A DNA stretch of 64,000 nt, from assembly GCA_963727915.1 (NCBI GenBank), contig CAVSID010000001.1, positions 665,927 through 729,926 on the forward strand, given 5' to 3'. Below the pieces are notes generated by a model, which did not search any database, had not been told where the DNA came from, and worked only from the letters and a program-made list of their open reading frames with translations. Shown here in pieces: positions 20,734 through 30,151 of the stretch; within the stretch, counting starts at the first letter, position 1, and each line of letters starts with the position of its first letter. Both the position numbers and the translations under genes were made by a program. Source of the stretch: an uncultured Chloroflexia bacterium. Its GTDB lineage: Bacteria; Chloroflexota; Anaerolineae; Anaerolineales; E44-bin32.

Positions 20734-21758
20734 TCAGGGGGGGCGATCGGCGTCAACGCTGGCCAGCGCTTTCAGGGCGGCGGCATGCAGCCTTTGGTTG
20801 GAAACCAGCACGCCCACATTGCGGGCCAACGTCTTTCCGGCCGAGAAGTCTAGCTCGGCCCCGCGCAAATCCGAGACCTGGCCGCCCGCTTCCTCGACGA
20901 TGAGCGAGCCCGCCGCCTGGTCCCAGATCTTCTCGCGGTAGTCTGGCTTCTTCGGCGACAGTAGGCGGAAGATCAACTCGCCCTGGCCGTTGGCCAGCGC
21001 CGCATACTTGGCCTGGCTGTCCATGCGCACCGGTGGCGCCGAAACCCCCAGCGCGTTTTCCAGCGCCCGGAGTTGCTCCAGGTTGGTATGCCCGGCCTCG
21101 ACCGAGGCCAGCAGCCGCGCCTCAGCCGGGTCGGCGCAATCCGAAACGTGCAGTCGCATTAGGTCGTCCGACTCAAGCGAGCCGCCCCATGCCCCCGCGC
21201 CACGCACCGCCACGGCCATCGAACCGCCCGATCCAGGATCGTCGTCCGCCGGTCTAAAAGCCAATCTCGGGCAGGCCAGGGCTGCCACGCGGACCACGCC
21301 ATCCTCGATCAGGGCCAGTGCAACCACCCAGTGTTCGTGGCGCAGGAAGCCGGCCGTGCCGTCAACCGGATCCAGGGTCCAGAATCGTTGGGCCGGCTCC
21401 CCTTGGCCGCGATCGATCCAGACTTCGACCTGCCTTTCTGTCGCTTCGCCGATGGTGGCGGCCACGTGTCGGGTGACGGCCGCGCGCACCGCCTCCGCCT
21501 GCTCCTCCTTTGCAGCGAGTGGCTCGACTCCTCGGCCACCAAAGGATCATCGGGGAATGTGGTTTCTAGTTGACGGCTGACCAACGCCTGGCAGGCGAAG
21601 TCGGCAACGGTCACCGGCGAGCGGTCGTCCTTGATCAACTCCGGTGTGACCATGGCCGCCTGCACCCGCATACCCAGGCGGGCGGCGTCTCGAACGGCCG
21701 ACAGTGCGAAACGGCTCTCGGCATGATAGGTATCGAAGATCGGCGGCAAGCGTCGCAC
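20734..21758 (-). CDS. Inositol monophosphatase / 3'(2'),5'-bisphosphate nucleotidase family protein (one apparent frameshift near 21520)
   Basis: DDRSPVTVADFACQALV, FWTLDPVDGTAGFL, WDQAAGSLIVEEAGGQVSD: the three IMPase-family motifs. Confidence 0.8.
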
Positions 21759-21789
21759 CTCCTCGGGCCTCTGGCGTTGATGTGTAGTT

Positions 21790-21795
21790 TACAAT
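21790..21795 (+). promoter_or_regulatory. -10 TACAAT 6 nt upstream of ATG 21802 (leaderless arrangement)
   Basis: GTTTACAATCTTAGA-ATG. Confidence 0.45.
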
Positions 21796-21801
21796 CTTAG
21801 A

Positions 21802-23075
21802 ATGTTCTCACGCGAGCGAACTCCACGGACTCTGGCGGCTTCATTGGCCGTGCCACTCTTGATTGGCTGCGCCTTTGTCAGTCAAACGGTCACGGCGCCA
21901 CTAGCCACCGAAGAACGCAACCCGGAATTTCCCGTGCCAGCCTGTCCACCCCTGACCGATACACCGCTTCCCGCAACGCAAGGTCCTTCCCCGACACCGC
22001 CGCTGATCTCCGGCCTGCCGGACTCGGCCTCGGCGGCATGGCAAAGCGGTGGTCACCGGGCTGGCCAGCCCGGTGGATGTCGAGACGCCCGGCGACGGAC
22101 GGCTGTTCATCGTTCAGCAGCCAGGTACGATCGTGATCTACGAGAATGGACAGGTCCAAGGGAAGCCCTTCTTGGACCTGCGGGATCGGGTCAACACCGA
22201 CGGCCTCGAACGGGGCCTGCTCGGCCTGGCATTCGACCCCGACTTCGCTCAGTCCGGCTATTTCTATGTCGATTACACCGGGGCAGGAGGCGACACTTTT
22301 GTGTCCCGCTTCCACGTCGACCCCGGCACTAACCAGGCCGATCCATCGAGCGAGCACAATCTGCTGCACATCCAGCAGCCTTACGCCAACCACAATGGGG
22401 GGCACCTGGCCTTCGGTCCCGATGGGTACTTGTACGTCGGTATGGGCGACGGCGGCTCGGCCGGAGACCCTCACAGGCAATGGACAGGACCTGGGCGTGC
22501 TGCTCGGCAAGCTGCTGCGGATCGACGTCCATGACGGCGATCCTTACGCCATCCCGCCGGACAATCCCTTCGTGGACCAACCCGACGCCAGGCCCGAGAT
22601 CTGGGCTTATGGGCTGCGCAACCCGTGGCGCTTTTCCTTTGACTCGACCACAGGCGATCTCTACATCGGCGACGTGGGCCAGAGCCGATGGGAAGAAATC
22701 GACTTCCAGCCGGCAGGTGACACCGGCGGCCACAACTATGGTTGGTCCATTCGTGAAGGATTTCACGAATACAAGGGGCAGGCGGACGGCCTGACTGATC
22801 CGGTGGCCGAGTACAGCCACAGCGACGGCTGCTCGGTCACTGGCGGGGTGGTCGTGCGCGACCCGGCCCTATCGAGCTGGCAGGGGGTCTATCTGTACGG
22901 CGATTTCTGCTCGGGCTCGGTCTGGGGGTTGCGGCGTCAGCCTGACGGAAGCTGGTTGAACGATCGGCTCTTTCAGACCTCAGCCGCCATCAGCGGCTTT
23001 GGCGTCGACGCTGGCGGCAACGTCTATCTGGTTGACCGCAACGGTGGGCTGTACCAACTGGTTCCGGCCGGCTAG
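21802..23075 (+). CDS. PQQ-dependent sugar dehydrogenase (sGDH/YliI-like) lipoprotein (2-3 apparent frameshifts)
   Basis: Lipobox LLIGC. GDGRLFIVQQPGTIVIY, ERGLLGLAFDPDF, HNGGHLAFGPDGYLYVGMGDGG, YAYGLRNPWRFSFD, GDLYIGDVGQSRWEEI, NYGWSIREG, YGDFCSG. Confidence 0.85.
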
Positions 23076-24048
23076 CGAACCACGAGATAGATCGCTACGG
23101 CTCCCAAACCCAAACCGATGATGGCACTGAAAGCCAGGCCGGCCGTAAGCACCCACACGGCCAGCGTCTGACGCCACGGCTTGCGCTGGCCCTCTCCCCG
23201 GCTGGGCCGACGATCGATCCAAACCCCGCCCCATGGCGCTGAAGAACAACACCAGAAGCGCCAGCAGGACCAGACTGAGCAGCGCCGCCGGCGTAAAGAC
23301 CAACCCCAACCGGATGAACGCCTCCTGAGTCAGCCGGGCCAGTAGCCTGGCAAAACGATCCGGCGCGGCGGCAAAGATCGCCAAAGCTGTCAGTGACAGG
23401 CCGAGCATGGGCAGGGCTGCGATCAGCGTCGCCACGGCGCCGATGCGAGCCGCTTGTCGTTGGTCCGGCGCATAGCCCGGCTTGCGCAGCCCGAGCCCGC
23501 AGCGCCATCACGGCCAGGGCGACCAGCAGCGCCAGCAAGGCCCAGGGTGCGGATTCGAAAACAGGTGCCAGGATAGCGATCGCCAGGGAGCGGCGCCAGC
23601 AGGGCCTGCCAGCGGCCGGGTGACACGAAGGCCATCAGCCGCGCTCCGACCGAGGCGATGAACAGCAGCCCGACCGGCGGCAGCAGCCAGGTGGCCGTGA
23701 TGCCCAGGCGAGATCGCTGCGGCCGGGATGGCGTCTGCACCGGACGGGGGACTGGTGTTTCGGGGCGCTCCAGTGCATATAAGCGCGGCCAGGATCACGA
23801 TCCCCAGCAACGTGGCCGGCGCAAACACCAGCATCGAGCGGATGACCTCCTCGCCCGGCAGCTGGGCCAGCAATCGGCCAAAACGCGTCGGGCGCTGCGT
23901 AGAAGACGGCCAGTGCCGCCACAGAGAGCAGCAGCATGGGTACCGTCGGCACGAGCACGGCGGCCGGCTGCCCAGCGCGTGTAGCGGCGGCCAGCGGAGG
24001 CGTCTCGGGTGGGATGGTGCTCTGGGGGTCGGTTGCGTTCGGTGGCAC
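23076..24048 (-). CDS. Hypothetical 6-TM membrane protein built from three two-helix repeats (4-5 apparent frameshifts)
   Basis: Repeat units such as LLLSVAALAVFYAAPDAFW...VIRSMLVFAPATLLGIVILAAL and LGLSLTALAIFAAAPDRFA...FIRLGLVFTPAALLSLVLLALL. C-terminus LAVWVLTAGLAFSAIIGLGLGAVAIYLVVR, stop at 23076. Confidence 0.5.
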
Positions 24049-24869
24049 TCATGGCTGCAGCCTCACATCTACACTTGCCAGGTGGGTATCGCCGCCAAAA
24101 GCAGGGCTCACGTCGCGCACCACCACCCGCCCCGTCCCGGGCTGGTCGAGCATGTAGCTCAGGTCGGCCTCGAACGGTCCGGGCTGGCCCAGGTCGGGCG
24201 CGTTGACGATCACCGGTTCTTCGGCCAACTGGTTACCCTTCGGCATCATACAGGTCGATCACCAGGGTCTGCTCGAAGCCGGCCAGGCCAAAGCCGGCGA
24301 CGTGCAGATTGCCTCCGTTGACCACGGCTCCGGCCAGCGGCTGGTGGATGACGATCTGCTCCGGGTGGGGCGCGGCGGGGTGCACGTCGGGCGATCCACC
24401 CGGCGCCAGGTGCACGCCGACCGACGCCAGATGTGTCACGCCTCCGTCCCGCGGGCTTGTGGCGAACACCTGCAGGAAGGCCTGCCGCGGCTGGACGACA
24501 TTGAATGGGAGGTCAACCTCGAAGGGACCGCGCTGCCCGGCGTCGGCCCGGATGCTGGCGACAAGCGATGCCAACTGGGTGCCATCGTCCGCCAGCAGTC
24601 TGACCGCCAGCGTCTGCTCGAAGGCCGGATTGGCCATGCCCTGGAGGTGGATGGGGCTGGTCAGGCGCGAGCCCGGCCCGGGCGACAGGATCAGGATGCG
24701 CCTCGTCCGGGAGGTTGGTCGGCGACCGTGTCGGTCGCGCCAGCGGCCTCGTCGCTGACGCCGTCGGCGGTGCCGGGGCCGGGCCACAGGCGATCAGGCC
24801 CAGCGTCAGGCTGATCCCCGCGACCAGCCGCGCCAATTCGACGGACCGGAAGCGGCGGGAAGCATGCAT
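24049..24869 (-). CDS. Lipoprotein with two Gmad2-like immunoglobulin-like domains (2 apparent frameshifts)
   Basis: Lipobox LTLGLIACG. Two copies of the pattern I..P......V....L.V.G.A..FE.TL.V.L.D..G...........A.....GPFE..L. Confidence 0.6.
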
Positions 24870-24875
24870 GTTCCA

Positions 24876-24881
24876 AGTCTA
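24876..24881 (-). promoter_or_regulatory. -10 TAGACT 6 nt upstream of ATG 24869 (leaderless arrangement)
   Basis: Minus strand reads GGGTAGACTTGGAAC-ATG. Confidence 0.4.
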
Positions 24882-24898
24882 CCCGCCCCAACCACCCT

Positions 24899-24927
24899 TT
24901 GACAGACGAACATATGTTCTATATAAT
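24899..24927 (+). promoter_or_regulatory. Perfect sigma-70 consensus promoter TTGACA-17-TATAAT
   Basis: TTGACA 24899-24904, 17-nt spacer, TATAAT 24922-24927. Drives the LuxR-type gene. Confidence 0.65.
24907..24920. promoter_or_regulatory. Cheo-box / Gram-positive-type LexA box CGAACATATGTTCT in the promoter spacer
   Basis: Core GAAC-N4-GTTC is perfect. 13 of 14 positions match CGAACATATGTTCG. Confidence 0.45.
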
Positions 24928-24983
24928 GAGAAGCAACCGCAGCCCGTGCCGGCGCGGCGTGACATCCTTGGCCAGGAGGTAAT

Positions 24984-25422
24984 GTGGGACTTTTCGGGCG
25001 GTTGCGCGGCCAACGGGACGGCGACAGCGGTCCGTTGGCCGACGCGTTCGATGAACGAGCCGGGCTCCAGCTTGAGCTCGATCCGGAGCTGAGCGCCCGC
25101 TTGCGGCAGGCAGCCGAGCGGCGCGGCCGCCATCCCCGGGCCCTGGTCCACGATCTACTGGTTGACGGCCTCGAGCAGGCGCTGCGCCGCCGCCAGGCCC
25201 AGGCCGTGCTCGACCAACTCACGCCGCGCCAGCAGCAGGTCGCCAAGCTGACCACCCGCGGCTACACCAACCACCAGATCGCCGAGGCGCTGGTGGTCTC
25301 ACCCGGAGACGGTCAAGACCCACATCCGCCACGTACTGGAGCGGTTCGACGTCGCCAGCAAGGCCGACCTGCGCGTTTTGCTGCTCGATCTCAAGATCCG
25401 CTGGTGGGAGGTCGATTCCTGA
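24984..25422 (+). CDS. LuxR/GerE-family helix-turn-helix regulator (one apparent frameshift near 25300)
   Basis: AGGAGG RBS, GTG start. LTPRQQQVAKLTTRGYTNHQIAEALVVSP then, in the next frame, ETVKTHIRHVLERFDVASKADLRVLLLDL. Confidence 0.75.
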
Positions 25423-25433
25423 CCGGCCATCGC

Positions 25434-25461
25434 TTGACAGGCTCACCCACGCGGGTATCCT
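25434..25461 (+). promoter_or_regulatory. Candidate promoter TTGACA-16-TATCCT
   Basis: -10 ends 4 nt before ATG 25466. Possible leaderless or very short leader. Confidence 0.35.
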
Positions 25462-25465
25462 CACA

Positions 25466-26148
25466 ATGGGCCGGAACCGGGCCATTCGCCCTGTGCGGCC
25501 CCAAACCATGCCCGAGAAGACACTCTCCATCCACACCGCACGCCGCATCTATGACCTCATCGGACGAGCCTACGATCTCGCCGCCGCCTTTGAGGGCCGG
25601 GCCCAGCAGGTAGGGCGCCAGAAGCTCCAGCTTGAACCCGGGCTGCGCGCGCTCGAGGTAGGCGTCGGCACGGGGCGCGAGCACCAAACCCTGACCGGCG
25701 CCGTCGCCCCGGCGGCCTGGCCGTGGGGCTGGACCTGTCGTTCGTCATGGCGCGCCTGACCCACCGACGGACGCGGTCGCCCATTTGCCAGGCCGACGCC
25801 AGCTGGATCCCCTTCGCTGACGGCAGCTTCGACCGGGTCTTCGCCGCCTATGTGCTCGACCTGATGGCGGCGCCCGTCCTGCCCGTGGTCATGCGCCAGT
25901 TCCGGCGGGTCTTGCGGCCCGGAGGCAGGTTGGCAGTGGTGGCCATGACCGAAGGCGTCACCCCGGCCAGCCGCGCCTTGGTCAGCGTCTGGAAGGCCGT
26001 CTATGCTGTCAGCCCCAAGCTCTGCGCCGGCTGCCGCCCACTCCAACTGGCCGAGATCGCCCGCCAGGCCGGATTCACACAGGTCGAGGCGCAGGTCGAG
26101 GTGGAGTGGGGGGTTCCCAGCGAGGTGCTGGTGGCCGTTCGAAGCTGA
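25466..26148 (+). CDS. Class I SAM-dependent methyltransferase (one apparent frameshift near 25715; alternative start 25508)
   Basis: Motif I ALEVGVGTG, post-I GLDLS, FDRVFAAYVLDLM, LRPGGRLAV. Confidence 0.75.
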
Positions 26149-26174
26149 CACGCCGCCGGTGTTAGACTTCGGGT

Positions 26175-26681
26175 ATGGCTGCTTCTACTCGGCGCTTGCC
26201 GACGCCTCACGGTTTCCTGAGATGGCTGCTCCGCCTGCCGATCAACCTGTACCATCTGCGCCTGGGATGGGTGCTCGGCGAACGCTTCATGCTGCTCGAA
26301 CACCTCGGCCGAAAATCCGGCAGGTGGCATCAGGTGGTGATCGAAGTCGTCGGCCACGACGCCCAGACCGACACCTACTTCGCCGCCTCCGGCTGGAACA
26401 TGCGCTCCGACTGGTACCGCAACATCCTGGCACATCCCCAGGTCCGGCTGTCCACTGGACGTCGCCGCCGCATGACCGCCGTCGCCCAGGTCCTGGAGCC
26501 GGCACCTGCCAGCGACAGGCTGGTCGATTACGCCCGCCGCCATCCCTTCGCCATGAAAGAACTGGCCGAGATCATGGGGTTTCCCAAGCACAAGACCCAG
26601 GCCGACATCCGCGCCATCGCCGAGAGCCTGCCTATCCTCGGCTTCCATATCGCACCCTGGCCCCAGTCCACGTCCGACTGA
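26175..26681 (+). CDS. Deazaflavin (F420)-dependent nitroreductase family protein (DDN/PNPOx-like split barrel)
   Basis: Intact 168 aa. LLEHLGRKSGRWHQVVIEVV...YFAASGWNMRSDWYRNILAHPQVRL resembles the nitroreductase-family deazaflavin-dependent oxidoreductase signature. Confidence 0.75.
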   Translation: MAASTRRLPTPHGFLRWLLRLPINLYHLRLGWVLGERFMLLEHLGRKSGRWHQVVIEVVGHDAQTDTYFAASGWNMRSDWYRNILAHPQVRLSTGRRRRMTAVAQVLEPAPASDRLVDYARRHPFAMKELAEIMGFPKHKTQADIRAIAESLPILGFHIAPWPQSTSD

Positions 26682-26864
26682 CCCGCCGCGTTGGCATGTC
26701 ATGCCGAGGCGCCGCCAGGCGACGAAGCCACCGTTTCGTCTGGGCAGATCGGAACGATGGCCACGCTCGCTGGCCATGACACACAGTCGCTCCACGACGA
26801 AAGCCGACCTCAAAGCTGTTCAGCCCAGTCGGCCGGGATGACCATCATCCTCAAGGTTAGAGTA

Positions 26865-26880
26865 TGTGAAATACTTCACA
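26865..26880. promoter_or_regulatory. Perfect CRP/FNR-like palindrome TGTGA-AATACT-TCACA
   Basis: Intergenic, ~90 nt upstream of ATG 26964. Confidence 0.5.
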
Positions 26881-26963
26881 AGCCGCGACCTCGGCGCAAG
26901 AGTCCTCGTATAGCAATGGAGGACAACCTCAGACACAGACCCATCCCGGAAGGAGATCCGCTC

Positions 26964-27849
26964 ATGCTTGCAAGAAAACCCCTGCTCGCACTGTCCGTGC
27001 TGGCCGCGGCGGCGCTGGCCTGTAGCTTCAACTTCGACCTGCCCAAGATCAGCTTCGGCACGGCCGACACCGGCCCGACCCAAACCGAGACGATTCACAT
27101 CCCGGCAGCAGACCAACGACCCGGCCGTGCTTGAACTCCACTTTGGTGTTGGCGACCTGATGATCGGGCCCGGGGCCGTTGGGAGCCTGGTGGATGGCAC
27201 CGCCACCTATAACGTGGAGCGGCTCAAGCCTACCGTCACCCAATCGGATTTGGGTGTGATCCTGTCCAGCGTGGACATCGACGTGAACGACATCCCGTTC
27301 ACTCCGCTGGATCCGGGCGCCAAGCTCAAAAACACCTGGGATCTCCAGCTGGGCACCCAGCCAATGGACTTGACCATCGCCGCCGGCGCGTATCATGCCG
27401 AAATGGACCTGGGCGGGGCGTCGATTTCGATGCTCACGGTGCAGGATGGCGCATCGGACGTCCATCTTGACTTCTCGCAGCCGAACCGGGTGGCGATGAA
27501 TCAGTTCGCCTACAGCACGGGTGCCTCCAGCGTCAAACTGACCCATCTGGCCAACGCCAACTTCGAGACGCTGGTCTTTAGCGGCGGGGCCGGCGACTAC
27601 ACCCTCGAGTTCAGCGGCGACCTCAGGTCGGACGAGGACGTGACAGTCAAGGCCGGGCTGGGGAAGGTGACCTTGATCATCCCCGACGGCATACCTGTCA
27701 TCTTCGATGTCAGCGGCGGCCTGACCAACATCACTATGCAGGGCAGCTTCCAGGGCGGTGGGCGCCAGTTCAACCAGTCCGCTGCCGGACCGTCCCTCAC
27801 CTTCCACGTGGAGATGGGAGCGGGCAACCTGATCGTGCGTAACCCCTGA
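26964..27849 (+). CDS. Lipoprotein, toastrack/DUF4097-like beta-rich protein (one apparent frameshift near 27110)
   Basis: GGAAGGAG RBS. MLARKPLLALSVLAAAALAC lipobox. Repetitive beta-strand segments with G-x-G...V/L patterns ending GAGNLIVRN. Confidence 0.5.
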
Positions 27850-27903
27850 TCGGCACGAAGCTGCCTCCTGGATCCTGTCCAACCGAACAGGCATCCAACA
27901 CGT

Positions 27904-27927
27904 AAGGGCACGGCATGCCGTGCCCTT
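27904..27927. terminator. 24-nt perfect palindrome AAGGGCACGGCA/TGCCGTGCCCTT in a convergent gap (candidate bidirectional terminator hairpin)
   Basis: Lies between the stops at 27849 (+) and 28058 (-). No clear U-tract. Confidence 0.4.
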
Positions 27928-28057
27928 GCCGGTCTCCGCGTGGCGCCGGCCCGTCATGCTCACGGGTCATGTGGACCTGGCCCAGCGCGCCATCGATTGG
28001 GACCACCTGAAGCAGGATGGGAGTGAAAGATTCAGACTCTGAAGGGGGAATGGCCTG

Positions 28058-28570
28058 TCAGCCGAGCAACCCCCCGTAGAACAAGCCGATCAGCAAGTTG
28101 AAGATGATGTACACCGCCAGGCCGATGACCGCCGTCACCAGCGCCTTGAAGGTGTCAAATTCCATGGTTTCGCGGATAGCGATCACGCCGGCGGCGATGG
28201 TCAGGAGCCAGGCCGCCAGCCGGAAGAACGGCCCTACGCAGGGCAAGAAACCGAGGACGCCGACGAAGCGAGGCGCGTTGGCGTACCCAAGCGCTCGCAC
28301 CATTTCACTCAGTTGGCTCCGCCCGCCGAGAAAATCGCCCACAAGGTTGGCGATCACCGCCCACAGAAGCCAACCGATGAGGAGCCCGTTGATCAACTCG
28401 GCTCCGAACCCCAGCGCCCAGTGGCGGCTACCGATTCCGGTGCCGATGGCTGAAAACAAGGTGGCCACCAGCACCATGAGGGCGGCCTCACCTAGCAGCC
28501 GATCGTCGGCGGCCACTTCCCGGTAGAGGCTGGAGTCCAAACGCATGGCGCGCAGCACACGTTCAAACAT
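28058..28570 (-). CDS. Yip1 family membrane protein
   Basis: Intact 170 aa. FERVLRAMRLDSSLYREVAADD start and a 5-TM layout typical of bacterial Yip1/YIF1-domain proteins. Confidence 0.7.
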   Translation of the reverse strand: MFERVLRAMRLDSSLYREVAADDRLLGEAALMVLVATLFSAIGTGIGSRHWALGFGAELINGLLIGWLLWAVIANLVGDFLGGRSQLSEMVRALGYANAPRFVGVLGFLPCVGPFFRLAAWLLTIAAGVIAIRETMEFDTFKALVTAVIGLAVYIIFNLLIGLFYGGLLG

Positions 28571-28604
28571 GGCGATCGCCTCCGATGCCTGGTTGACGCC
28601 CGCT

Positions 28605-30081
28605 TCAGTCGGCGGTCTTGAGAGTCAACCGCCCGTCTGCCAAAGGCTCATAGGTCATGGGTCCTTGCGGGATCTTGTTGATGATCTGGAGCTGGCCAGC
28701 GTCCATCGCTTCCCAGATAATCTGGAACGGCGCCTTCCCGTCCACCCACTTTTCAGCGATGACGCAGCCATGGCCAGGCAGGACGGTGAACACAAGATTC
28801 CGAGGGTCGTCTGGATTGCTCAGTGCCACCGAACGGCCGAAGGCTTCCTTGATGCCCTGGGCCTGCGCTTCCGTGGCGCAAGACACCAGGTAGTGATAGT
28901 AGGGTGCGTCCAGCGGCACATACTCAACCGCTTCGGGATCGTAGCCGCCGATCGCCCGGTGACCATGCAGCTTGGAGCGCACTACCGGCACCTCGTCATC
29001 TACATCCCAGGCCCCCCCCAAACTGATCTTGGGGAGCACCCGGTCCATGTCCAGCATCTCCACCGCTTCCGATGAAGGCGGATCGTTTCGCTTGCCCTCC
29101 ACGTGCCGGACCTGAGCGCCGCTCCCGTCCGGCCGCAGCCCGACGATCACGGCCAGATCGTCCTCGGTGATGTTGCCCTTGTCCACCGGGCGGGCGCTGC
29201 CGGTCACGGTTGCGATCAGCGCCTTAAGATGGGGCTCCCAGGTGGCAAAGCAGCCTTCGCTGTACTGGCTGGCGACCGAGTTCGGCCACGGCCGGCACCT
29301 GCACCAGGTCGACGATGCGCACCATTTCGGTGAAGAAGCGGCGGTTGTCCAGCTCCAACGCGGCCGAACGCATCTCATCAACCGTGTTGAGCGAATCCCA
29401 TTCCTCGCGGCCGATCAAGGGTTCGAGCACACTGTGCTCAGTGACCTCGCCGGTGCTGGCGGCGGTCACGATCCGCATCACGATATCGGAGTAGAAGTCC
29501 CCTCCCTCGCCAGCCAGGCTGCGTGGATGGGCCCCAACCAAATCGAAGTGATATGCCAGCTCAGGCTCCTCGTCGCCGACCACAAGCACAATCCGAATGC
29601 TCTTGGACTGAGCCTGCAGCAGGCGTTCCAGGGCCATGATCGGCCCGCCTCGCAACCCCTGTTCCACCAGGACGCGATAGGCGTCCGGCGCCAAGCCGGG
29701 GAATTGGAAATCCTGCAGATCGGGCGGGTCTTTCGCAAGCGCCTCGTCAAAGTGACTCAGGGACTGCTCGAGCACCTCGGGGGTCACATGGATGAGGGTG
29801 TAGATGGTTGGGGACCGCTCGAGTCCGAACTTGCGCCGTGCCGAGAAAAGCATGGCATCTCGCCAGCCCAGCGGCTCACCGTAAAGAGCCGTGGTCACCA
29901 GGACGTCGGTATCATCGGCCGGCGTGTCCTGGATCTCATGGCCGTGCTCCTGGAAAGCTTCCAGCAGATTGTCGGCGACATCCTCCAGCATTGCCGACAT
30001 GGGCCCAGGCTCAAAAACCACCTTGATCTTCTTCAGCCAAGGATGGGTTGGCTTGGCCGTCTGTTCGAGACTCACACTCAT
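28605..30081 (-). CDS. Conserved-looking hypothetical protein of ~490 aa, no family recognised (one apparent frameshift near 29290)
   Basis: Fragments 29224-30081 and 28605-29381 are collinear. Soluble, mixed alpha/beta composition. In an operon-like array: GNAT, this gene, Yip1. Confidence 0.6.
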
Positions 30082-30151
30082 GAATTGCTTCTCCTAACTC
30101 CGACCCTCTCGGGCCGAACGGCCATCCCTGGCCTGGTGCGTTGTCATCGGT

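Noticed and set aside
28021-28040. GAGTGAAAGATTCAGACTC as a CRP-like site.
   Set aside because: It has two mismatches and sits in a convergent 3' region with no promoter context.
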